Of a DNA stretch of 64,000 nt, positions 1-7,850 are shown piece after piece. The position numbers were made by a program, and so were the translations under genes. Numbering within the stretch: the stretch's first letter is position 1; each line of letters opens with the position of its first letter. The notes under the pieces were generated by a model, which made no database searches, had not been told where the DNA came from, and was given only the letters and a program-made list of their open reading frames with translations. The DNA comes from a virus, in the IMG/VR virus record IMGVR_UViG_3300028844_005393, positions 1 to 64,000 of that record; one strand, 5' to 3'.

Positions 1-1229
1 GCAAGTGGATCAGGCCAGCAAAATCTTTTGACGTCTCCGTAACTAGCAAATATTTCATCTGCTCCTTCTCCACCAAATACAACTTTGTATCCTTTGTCAC
101 GGATTTCCCAAGATAAAAATAATTGAGCAACTGCCGGAGATACTTGTGTCCATTTGTGGGTTTCTGATGCCCATATGCTTTCTTTTAAATTATTCTGAAT
201 ATCTTCTTTGCTTACATTAACTTCGTGCAATCTAACACCCAATTCTTTTGATGCTATTTTAGCATAATACAAATCATCTTTCAAAGTTTGCTTACGATTA
301 GATGTCACATTCACAACAAATGCTTCAATGTTTGGATTTTTCTTTTTAAGTAGGTATGTGATTATGGTGCTATCTATACCACCACTTAAAATTGTACAAA
401 TTGGAGTATCACTTATTAGTTCATCATCAACTGCTTTTTCCAACCGTTTTCTAAACTCGGATGCGTAGTAATCAATTCCTTTATCTTCTTTCTCAAATAA
501 TTTTAAGTCTGTGTCTGATCGTGTATATAAAGTTGGATTCTCTGGATTAAACTCGGGTTTGAAATCATTCCATCGTTTAATCTCACAGTTTGTTACTCCG
601 ATTAAATTTTCGGAAACCGTTACAATTGTTCCAGGTTCTACTACTTTTATTTTTTCTTCTTCACCCTTTGGTGCTTTGCGATTTCTATCTACATTAAAAA
701 ACTTTAATTCTTTGTTTGCTGATTGTAAACCTTTGACTTCACTGGAAAACATTATTTTGTCATTCTCAAAAACATAATACAAAGGAAGTCTTCCGATGAA
801 ATCTCTTCCTAATGTAAGTTCATTTCTTTCAACATCATAAAACGCAAAACAAAACATTCCTTCAAGTTTTTTCATAGACTCTAATATATTGTCACGATTA
901 TCAATTAAATAATAAAGCAATAATTCCGAGTCACTTCGTTCTGTCTTAAAGTTGTACTTTTTTCTTAATTTTTTGTCGTACTTTTTGAAAAATGGTTTCC
1001 ACATTTCTCCGTTGAATGCTAATACAAACTTTTCGTCTTCTGATATAAGTGGTTGGTTTGCTGACTCGCTTAAATCTTGGATTGATAAACGATTATGGCA
1101 CAAAAAGAAATTGTTTTTCTTGAAGTGGAATATTACATTACCATCTGTTCCACGATGCATCAACGATGCAAGACCAGTTTTTACCTCTTGTATGTTGTTA
1201 AATGAATTACCTCCTAATATTCCGCACAT
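1..1229 (-). CDS. asnB: Asparagine synthase (glutamine-hydrolysing) family amidotransferase, truncated by the window start; absent from the ORF track
   Basis: Hand translation from ATG at 1229: MCGILGG...LMHRGTDG (Ntn Cys nucleophile, HRG motif), HNRLSIQD, FNGEMW, ILSGGIDS (PP-loop), FGGEGADEIFASY. Confidence 0.9.
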   Translation of the reverse strand, partial: MCGILGGNSFNNIQEVKTGLASLMHRGTDGNVIFHFKKNNFFLCHNRLSIQDLSESANQPLISEDEKFVLAFNGEMWKPFFKKYDKKLRKKYNFKTERSDSELLLYYLIDNRDNILESMKKLEGMFCFAFYDVERNELTLGRDFIGRLPLYYVFENDKIMFSSEVKGLQSANKELKFFNVDRNRKAPKGEEEKIKVVEPGTIVTVSENLIGVTNCEIKRWNDFKPEFNPENPTLYTRSDTDLKLFEKEDKGIDYYASEFRKRLEKAVDDELISDTPICTILSGGIDSTIITYLLKKKNPNIEAFVVNVTSNRKQTLKDDLYYAKIASKELGVRLHEVNVSKEDIQNNLKESIWASETHKWTQVSPAVAQLFLSWEIRDKGYKVVFGGEGADEIFASYGDVKRFCWPDPL

Positions 1230-1263
1230 AATATAAAAATTATATTATATACTATGAGAATAT

Positions 1264-2175
1264 TCAAGACTTATTTTTTTTAACGATGTCGGCAATGTAA
1301 TCTTCTAGTTTGATATTTGCTTGCCAACCGAGGTGTTGATAAGTAAGTGATGGAATTGCTTTTCCGTAGAATCTTTCTCCACGTCTTTCTGGTATCATTA
1401 CATATTCTGTGTTAAACATCTTGGCAACATCAACTATTTTATGTGGAATTCCTGTTCCGAGTGGGTATTCATTCTGCTGACCCTTTTCTGAGGCTAAAAT
1501 AACACCACTAACAATATCGTCAATATGTGTAAAATCTCTTGACTGAATTCCAGGTTCTACAACTGTAAGTGGTTCTCCTTTTGAGTATTGCTCTTCAAAA
1601 ATTCCAATTACGGTTGCGTAGTCACCTGTTCTTACTTGACCCGGACCATAAGCATTATAGAAATATGTAATTTCAAATTTAAGATTAAACCAATCTGCAT
1701 AGTTGTTGATGAGTTCAACCATTTTTGCTTTCATCCACGCATACGGGGATAGATTTTCGTCTTTGCCATCATTACCAAACTTACTTGAACTTGCGGAATA
1801 AATTAACTTTGCGTTTTTTGCGACACAATAATCAAGAACCATTTTTGTTCCTTGCATATTATAGTCCCAACAATTATCAAATGAATCAAAACTCGTTACA
1901 ATTCGTGAGAACTCTCCGAAGTGAAACACAACATCAGGTTCAAATGTATCTGCAATATCTGGCTTGGTGTTATTGGTATCAAATTTTTGTGGAATCAATG
2001 TCTGGGTATCTTTATTCAAATAAGTAACTCGTTTGCTTTTAACATGATTACTTTCATAACCACTACTATAATTGTCAATGCTAACAATCTGTACATTTTT
2101 ATACTTTCTTAAAAGTTTTTTAATAAGTGCAGTTCCTACAAAACCCGCACCACCTGTTATTAGCACCCTTTCCAT
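1264..2175 (-). CDS. NAD-dependent nucleotide-sugar epimerase/dehydratase (extended SDR)
   Basis: ITGGAGFVG Rossmann motif, YSASSS, SPYAWMK (YxxxK), YFYNAYGP, RDFTHIDD. Confidence 0.92.
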   Translation of the reverse strand: MERVLITGGAGFVGTALIKKLLRKYKNVQIVSIDNYSSGYESNHVKSKRVTYLNKDTQTLIPQKFDTNNTKPDIADTFEPDVVFHFGEFSRIVTSFDSFDNCWDYNMQGTKMVLDYCVAKNAKLIYSASSSKFGNDGKDENLSPYAWMKAKMVELINNYADWFNLKFEITYFYNAYGPGQVRTGDYATVIGIFEEQYSKGEPLTVVEPGIQSRDFTHIDDIVSGVILASEKGQQNEYPLGTGIPHKIVDVAKMFNTEYVMIPERRGERFYGKAIPSLTYQHLGWQANIKLEDYIADIVKKNKS

Positions 2176-2583
2176 TTACTTTTTTTCTTTAAGTCCAGTT
2201 AGATCACTTGAACTTCTAATTTTGTCTCCAAGTCCATCAATCATTTGTATATTATGTTTTTTGCATATTACACTTTCTGGAACTTCACCCGTACTTCTGT
2301 CTCCACCATTTGCAAAGATGTCGGGTTTAATTGCGTCTAAAGAAGCACATACACTTTTGTCTTGATCAATGCTGAGAAAAACCTCGTCAACGATTCCAAG
2401 TGCATCTACGATTTTTACTCTGTCTGCTTCATCCATAAATGGTTTGCCCTTTTTAAGAACACATTGATGATTGTTGTTTACAATAACAACAAGACGATCA
2501 CCAAGTTTTTTTGCCATTTCTAAATATTCTAAATGTCCTACGTGAATAGGATCAAAGTATCCACTAACTGCTACTGTTTTCAT
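2176..2583 (-). CDS. Cytidylyltransferase-like nucleotidyltransferase (TagD/RfaE-C family)
   Basis: MKTVAVSGYFDPIHVGH (HxGH), FANGGDR, C-terminal KIRSSS; start moved to 2583 because the longer ORF overlaps the upstream gene. Confidence 0.88.
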   Translation of the reverse strand: MKTVAVSGYFDPIHVGHLEYLEMAKKLGDRLVVIVNNNHQCVLKKGKPFMDEADRVKIVDALGIVDEVFLSIDQDKSVCASLDAIKPDIFANGGDRSTGEVPESVICKKHNIQMIDGLGDKIRSSSDLTGLKEKK

Positions 2584-2587
2584 AATG

Positions 2588-2959
2588 TTACTCTGATTTG
2601 TGTTTTTCTGGACGATCATAATCATCTTGAACTCGGACAATGTCATCTTCACCAAAATAAGTTCCAGTTTGAACTTCCACTAAAATCATATCTTCTGAAT
2701 CACTTGGATTTGCCATTCTATGCTTTGCTCCAAGTGGAATCAATACGGTTTCACCTGCTTTGTAATCTTCTGTGACATCATCTAAAGTTATTCTTGCCAC
2801 ACCACTAACAACCGTCCATGCTTCTTGTCGTTTGTGATGATATTGATAACTTAGTCTTTGTCCCGGTTTTACATATATGCGTTTAACTTTGCAGTATTCT
2901 GCGTCTAGTAGAATTTCGTAGTTTCCCCAAGGTCGTATACTATCATCTTTATTACTCAT
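2588..2959 (-). CDS. Mannose-6-phosphate isomerase type II-like cupin
   Basis: RPWGNY, VKRIYVKPGQRLSYQYHHKRQEAW, HRMANP, EVQTGTYFGEDDIVR match the ManC C-terminal cupin. Confidence 0.9.
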   Translation of the reverse strand: MSNKDDSIRPWGNYEILLDAEYCKVKRIYVKPGQRLSYQYHHKRQEAWTVVSGVARITLDDVTEDYKAGETVLIPLGAKHRMANPSDSEDMILVEVQTGTYFGEDDIVRVQDDYDRPEKHKSE

Positions 2960-2963
2960 AATT

Positions 2964-3095
2964 TTATCCCCACCTATCTGCTAAATCTTGTTCAGATATA
3001 TTAGATTTTTTTGGTTGTATATATTTTATTGGTTTATTTAAAATAATTATACTATGTTTTTTTAATTTAATAAATACTTTTTTTGATGTATCCAT
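2964..3095 (-). CDS. Small basic hypothetical protein (43 aa)
   Basis: ATG at 3095 fills the gap between two operon genes; no motif. Confidence 0.35.
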   Translation of the reverse strand: MDTSKKVFIKLKKHSIIILNKPIKYIQPKKSNISEQDLADRWG

Positions 3096-3096
3096 T

Positions 3097-3711
3097 TTAT
3101 TTGTTTCCACATTTATATTTAAACATCTCAATAATTTTTTTGTGACGCTGTGCAACAACTGCTCCCGATTCATAATTGTAATATTCCCAATATTTTCTAT
3201 TTTTCTTCTTAAATGGAAATTTCCCAATTTGTTTCAAAGGTGTGTACGGAAGTTTTAATTTATTGCAAACTTTTTTATAGTCAGTTGCAAGACGTTCAAA
3301 TTGCATATAACAATCCATCGTTGCAGTTCCATCTTCGTCAAAATAAAAAGGTTCATTAAAATGAGTGTAGTTTCCTATCCACTTTGCAAATTGTTCTTTA
3401 AACTCATATCCATTAAATTTTAATTTAACAAGTTTTTCAATGTTTTCACGGTGATTTTCTCCAACTAAACCACCATCTTGCCACCAAAAATAAGAAACCA
3501 TTCTATCCCACGGATTTCTTGCAATTGTAAATTTGAAATATTCATTGAATATTTTCTCTCCAACGATGTCAAGAGTGTCTTTTGGGTTTCTATGTGTATT
3601 GTCTATGATGTCATCATCACCACACTGTGTAATTAAATTGTGTTCTACACTATTTCCACCCACCTTCCAAGGTTTAAAAAATATAAATTTATGTTTGTGT
3701 GAAACTATCAT
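3097..3711 (-). CDS. Sulfotransferase family 2 (carbohydrate sulfotransferase-like)
   Basis: HKFIFFKPWKVGGNS (5'-PSB-like), FTIARNPWDRMVSYF (3'-PB), FERL..D, C-terminal YWEYY...FKY. Confidence 0.8.
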   Translation of the reverse strand: MIVSHKHKFIFFKPWKVGGNSVEHNLITQCGDDDIIDNTHRNPKDTLDIVGEKIFNEYFKFTIARNPWDRMVSYFWWQDGGLVGENHRENIEKLVKLKFNGYEFKEQFAKWIGNYTHFNEPFYFDEDGTATMDCYMQFERLATDYKKVCNKLKLPYTPLKQIGKFPFKKKNRKYWEYYNYESGAVVAQRHKKIIEMFKYKCGNK

Positions 3712-4658
3712 CCATAAACCTCTTCAAATTTTTCAATAAAGTTTTTAAGTTCAATTTTAGGAAGTTCATTTATGCCAGCTGCTTTCTCACGACCTCCTCC
3801 TGATGGAAATTGTAATGCAAGTTTACTTGCCCCTACTGGATTATCTTTTGGTGAACGAATACTTACACGATAATTGAATTGATTTATATTTGTTAAAATA
3901 GCAAATGCTTTACTTGGATTATTTGTTGTTTGTTTGTTGCTATAAATTCCTGAATATCTTATAGATGCTTTTGTGTTCGGTAGTAATATTACATCACCAA
4001 TGCTTGATGTATGTAAAACTTCCGATGAGTTTAACTCAAGTTCGTCTGATTTCATTTGTTGATTTATTTTTGCGTAAATCTTAGAATTTTTTCTGTATTG
4101 AAACGGAGAACGAAATCTTTCAAGGTCTAAATAAACATCTTTAGGGTGCACTACGAGATCAGATTCTTCGTTTCCATAACCATTGTAGTTTAAAGTTTCA
4201 CCGATTTCTCTTAAAATCAACATAGCATACTCGTTGAAACATGGATTTAATTTTTCTGCTTGTTCGTGTAAATTGTCTCCGTATGCTCCACATATTGTCC
4301 AAGGACGATGCAATCCGTCAGTTGCCTTGTCAACTATTATATTAGTACAACAATTAGGGTCGGTATCTACTTTGATTGAAAAGTTGTTACCAAATTCGGT
4401 GTCACCTGTTTCATGGTGATCAAACCATTTTATTTTATTTCCGTTTTTTAATATCGGTTCTACATATTCAGAATTTGATAATAAAGATATATCAAACACC
4501 GACAACGATGCATCGGTTATATCAACTAAGTGTCTTAGTAACTTTACATCACGCTTTACTCCTGTGATTAACTCACTTTTTCTAGGAAAGTGTAAACGAT
4601 ACTGGTGTAAACTTATTAGTCCGTCTGCGTCTCCGTTAAAGATGTCATAATTTTTCAT
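3708..4658 (-). CDS. DHH/DHHA1-family phosphoesterase
   Basis: FNGDADG (DxD), FDIS, WFDHH, C-terminal GGGREKAAG (DHHA1-like); start at 4658, two nt past the upstream stop. Confidence 0.8.
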   Translation of the reverse strand: MKNYDIFNGDADGLISLHQYRLHFPRKSELITGVKRDVKLLRHLVDITDASLSVFDISLLSNSEYVEPILKNGNKIKWFDHHETGDTEFGNNFSIKVDTDPNCCTNIIVDKATDGLHRPWTICGAYGDNLHEQAEKLNPCFNEYAMLILREIGETLNYNGYGNEESDLVVHPKDVYLDLERFRSPFQYRKNSKIYAKINQQMKSDELELNSSEVLHTSSIGDVILLPNTKASIRYSGIYSNKQTTNNPSKAFAILTNINQFNYRVSIRSPKDNPVGASKLALQFPSGGGREKAAGINELPKIELKNFIEKFEEVYG

Positions 4659-4659
4659 A

Positions 4660-5502
4660 TTATTCTTCTGCCACAGCCCGTCCTTTATCTGATTTCCAGT
4701 CTTGTTCGGGTCTGTCAATTTCTTCATTTCTTTTAATTACCGCATCAAGTATCGGTGTTTCTATATCATTGTTTTTTGCGTAACTTGCAAGTGCATTGGT
4801 GTCTTTTGGAAAACAAGTTCCTCCAAATCCTCTGCGACCATCGTGTCCTGGTACTTTGGTGTGACCAATTCCGATTCTTTTATCTTGTGTTGCAATACAA
4901 CGAACATTTTCATAATCAATGTCAAGTTCTGTACAAATGCTTTCAAGTTCATTGAAGAATCCAACTTTTACACTTAGAAATACATTCTTTAAGTACTTTA
5001 TCATTTCTGCTTCTGCTGGTTTGCATTGAATTACATTTTTATTTACAACTGATCCGTTTCCGTTGTTATATGCAAGTTCAAACATTCTTTTCATTTTTTC
5101 ATATAAAAATAAATCACCAGAACCTAGAATCCATTGGTCGCAGTTTTTAAAGTCTTCTTTCCAGTTTTTCTCTGTAAGAAACTCTGGCATAAAGTTAACA
5201 TCAAGTTCTTCACAAGTTCCAGGTGGAACAGTTGAACGAAGAACTATATACTTTGTGTCGTCTATTTCTTGAATTTCTTCGCATACTGCACGAACAATGT
5301 CAAGGTTTGCGCTTCCATCTTTGTTCATTGGTGTAGGAACTGCAACGAAAATAATTTCGGACTCTTCTACAAATGTCTCTATATCCAGTTCTTTGGGTTC
5401 TCTTTTATCTTCTAGTACATCCCACACCAATACATCTACATATGGTCTTAACAAGGTCATCGCATGACCCACAAATCCGTTTCCAACAACTCCAACTTTC
5501 AT
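4660..5502 (-). CDS. ugd: UDP-glucose/GDP-mannose 6-dehydrogenase, NAD-binding and central domains only
   Basis: GVVGNGFVG, VAVPTP, RSTVPPG, PEFL, AEMIKY..N, GFGGTCFPKD with catalytic Cys; GGAG upstream of ATG 5502. Confidence 0.88.
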   Translation of the reverse strand: MKVGVVGNGFVGHAMTLLRPYVDVLVWDVLEDKREPKELDIETFVEESEIIFVAVPTPMNKDGSANLDIVRAVCEEIQEIDDTKYIVLRSTVPPGTCEELDVNFMPEFLTEKNWKEDFKNCDQWILGSGDLFLYEKMKRMFELAYNNGNGSVVNKNVIQCKPAEAEMIKYLKNVFLSVKVGFFNELESICTELDIDYENVRCIATQDKRIGIGHTKVPGHDGRRGFGGTCFPKDTNALASYAKNNDIETPILDAVIKRNEEIDRPEQDWKSDKGRAVAEE

Positions 5503-5570
5503 ATAACGCAATCTCCAGTTTTTTTTTTTGTGCTATATAACCCTTTTTATTATAAGTATTTCCTTTTGTG

Positions 5571-6182
5571 TTATTTAACTTGAAATCTTCTTAGTTTCCA
5601 GAATAACCAAACAAATAATCTTGGAACTTTAAGAATAATACCATTTCCTCTGACAATTGGTGTTTCTGCGTATAGTCGTCTTGATATTATTTTTTTGTAC
5701 CAACTTACATTTTCAAACTTACAATCAACGATGTATATATCTTTTGTTTTAGGTAAATCATCTATATCGTAGTCCGACCAATTTCCGAGGTCTACAAATG
5801 CTCCGTCTATAATTGTGCGGAAATCATTGACGAATGTACAATTCTTGATGGTGATGTTAGATGCCTGACATTTTATTGTAAAGTGTTGCTTGGTGTTTTT
5901 TGAAATGAATCTGCAATTTTCAAACAACATAAAACCACCACGAACAATATCAACTACATCTTCAAACCCACCGATTATAGTAGTATTGGTTACTACAACA
6001 TCACTACAATAAGATAATTTTAATCCTTCTGCAACTTCTCCTGCTTCAATGTGACAATTATCAATTCTTATTTTTTTGCTTGGCATACCAGGTCTCCACA
6101 TAAAACCCAAAGCATTGCTTTGTATGCCATTTTCAATATTACCTATAAACCTTTTATTTTTTATCGTGATTACATCAATCAC
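5571..6182 (-). CDS. Right-handed parallel beta-helix (pectin lyase-like fold) protein
   Basis: Repeated I.NC.F/I rungs (IDNCHI, FENCRF, IKNCTF, VDCKF), GFEDVVDI; basic-aromatic C-terminus. Confidence 0.6.
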   Translation of the reverse strand: MIDVITIKNKRFIGNIENGIQSNALGFMWRPGMPSKKIRIDNCHIEAGEVAEGLKLSYCSDVVVTNTTIIGGFEDVVDIVRGGFMLFENCRFISKNTKQHFTIKCQASNITIKNCTFVNDFRTIIDGAFVDLGNWSDYDIDDLPKTKDIYIVDCKFENVSWYKKIISRRLYAETPIVRGNGIILKVPRLFVWLFWKLRRFQVK

Positions 6183-6988
6183 TTAAACTTTCTCTTTATG
6201 CGGTCAATTGCATTTTTGTCTGTTACGTTTGTGGAGTTTCCCAAAGACGACCCGAATATATTTAATACCTCATTCTTGCTTAATTTTTTATCGTCATCAA
6301 GAGCACGGACTTTTTCTTTTGCGTCGTGTACACCTTTTATTATGTTGCTTGTCATTTGACTACTTGTAATTCCAAACCAGGTAATAAGTCCTGGTATTCT
6401 TGCCACCAACCAACCTATTAGTTGCGTAATTATAGGAAGAAGTGCAGGTCCTGCAACTATTAAAACTGCTACTGCCCCTATTAGTCCAAATGTTCCAGTT
6501 AACCATGCCCACATAGAACTGAAAAAACCATCCTTTTGTTCTTTTGCTTTAAGTTCACCTAAACTAATAAGTTTTTCCTCTGTATCTTTAAGGTCGTGTC
6601 CTAGAATTTGTTTGCGTCTGCTAAGTTCAATTACATCTTGTTCTCTGTCTGTTAGATTTTCTATTGCAACTTCGTTTTGTGCAATAAGGTCTTCTACATG
6701 AATTTTGTCACCAGGTTGTGGAAGGCCTACTATGGTTTGTGCTTCTTTTGCTAGTTGAAGTGCCACTAAGTCTTCTGATGATTTATTCTCTGATAAAGAT
6801 AGTGCTTCAACCGTACCCGTTACATAAGAACGTGTATGTCTTTCAAGTTCACTTTCTTTTCTTGTTATTTCTCCTGCAATTTCTTGTCTGTCTTGTTTTA
6901 GTCCCCAATTTGGTATTGTTATACATCCTGTAAAAAGGAAAGATACCAATAGAACTACTGATATATTCATAATTTTTTTAACTTTCAT
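6179..6988 (-). CDS. Lipoprotein with coiled coil and C-proximal transmembrane region (candidate unimolecular spanin)
   Basis: Signal peptide ending in lipobox FLFTG-C, heptad-rich middle, long hydrophobic segment at about aa 155-208. Confidence 0.6.
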   Translation of the reverse strand: MKVKKIMNISVVLLVSFLFTGCITIPNWGLKQDRQEIAGEITRKESELERHTRSYVTGTVEALSLSENKSSEDLVALQLAKEAQTIVGLPQPGDKIHVEDLIAQNEVAIENLTDREQDVIELSRRKQILGHDLKDTEEKLISLGELKAKEQKDGFFSSMWAWLTGTFGLIGAVAVLIVAGPALLPIITQLIGWLVARIPGLITWFGITSSQMTSNIIKGVHDAKEKVRALDDDKKLSKNEVLNIFGSSLGNSTNVTDKNAIDRIKRKFK

Positions 6989-7850
6989 TGTTTTTATATA
7001 TATCCTGATTTATTCTTTTTTTAAAATTATTATATTCCGAGGTTAAAAGCATTTCTGATTTTTTTCTAAAATTATTTATCTTAAAATTCTTTTTATTGTG
7101 TTTTATTAGTGTACGATCCTCGCACACAATATTGTTTTCAAGAATATACTGTTGAACAGGTATTCCGTTTTCTTTCATGTAGTCACAACAATACATCATA
7201 AATGTGTCATCTGGTCCATATCCTACAAATGATTTTGGAATTCCTATATATTTTGCAAGTCTAGCAGAAATACAAGTAAACCACCCACCTGCCCATTTGA
7301 ATTTAGGGCATTTTGTTATCCGTGAATCTCCGTGATTTGTTTTTAGTATTTTTTGAATATCTACATTTTCACACATACCAGTTGGGTTTTTTAAATATAA
7401 TTGATTCACCAAGCAATCCCAAGTTGTGTCCCACAATCTTACAAGTTGAGGAGTAATAATGTAATTGAAGTTATCTCTTTTTATGGTTTCACTTGCACCG
7501 AGCATATTTGTGATTGTGTTGTCGTTGAAATGTAAATCCACATCCAAGAAAATCAAAGAATCATGTGGGGATGCTCTTTCTATACACTCTCTGCGGTGCT
7601 CGTTAACTCCAAAGTATTCATTTGTGATAGAAGATGTAATACCTACACTCCTATTGTTTGTTTTGTTGTATTCTTTCATTACATTGATAATATTATCATT
7701 GTTTTTTATTACACCATCGTTGATGTTTAAAATACTATCAATTTTAATATCACGGATGTTATTTAAATCGCACACATTAAGAATTTGATTTACCACTCGT
7801 CTGTAGTTATCAATTTCATGTGGGAATATGTGAATTATTATCGTATTCAT
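6978..7850 (-). CDS. GT-A fold glycosyltransferase (GT2-like)
   Basis: IFLDVD (DxD), WAGGWFTCIS, GYGPDDTF. Confidence 0.7.
   Translation of the reverse strand: MNTIIIHIFPHEIDNYRRVVNQILNVCDLNNIRDIKIDSILNINDGVIKNNDNIINVMKEYNKTNNRSVGITSSITNEYFGVNEHRRECIERASPHDSLIFLDVDLHFNDNTITNMLGASETIKRDNFNYIITPQLVRLWDTTWDCLVNQLYLKNPTGMCENVDIQKILKTNHGDSRITKCPKFKWAGGWFTCISARLAKYIGIPKSFVGYGPDDTFMMYCCDYMKENGIPVQQYILENNIVCEDRTLIKHNKKNFKINNFRKKSEMLLTSEYNNFKKRINQDIYKNNES

Noticed and set aside
5519-5529. T11 run (A11 on the coding strand) as a second frameshift site
   Set aside because: It is intergenic, upstream of the ugd SD, with no overlapping frames to join.
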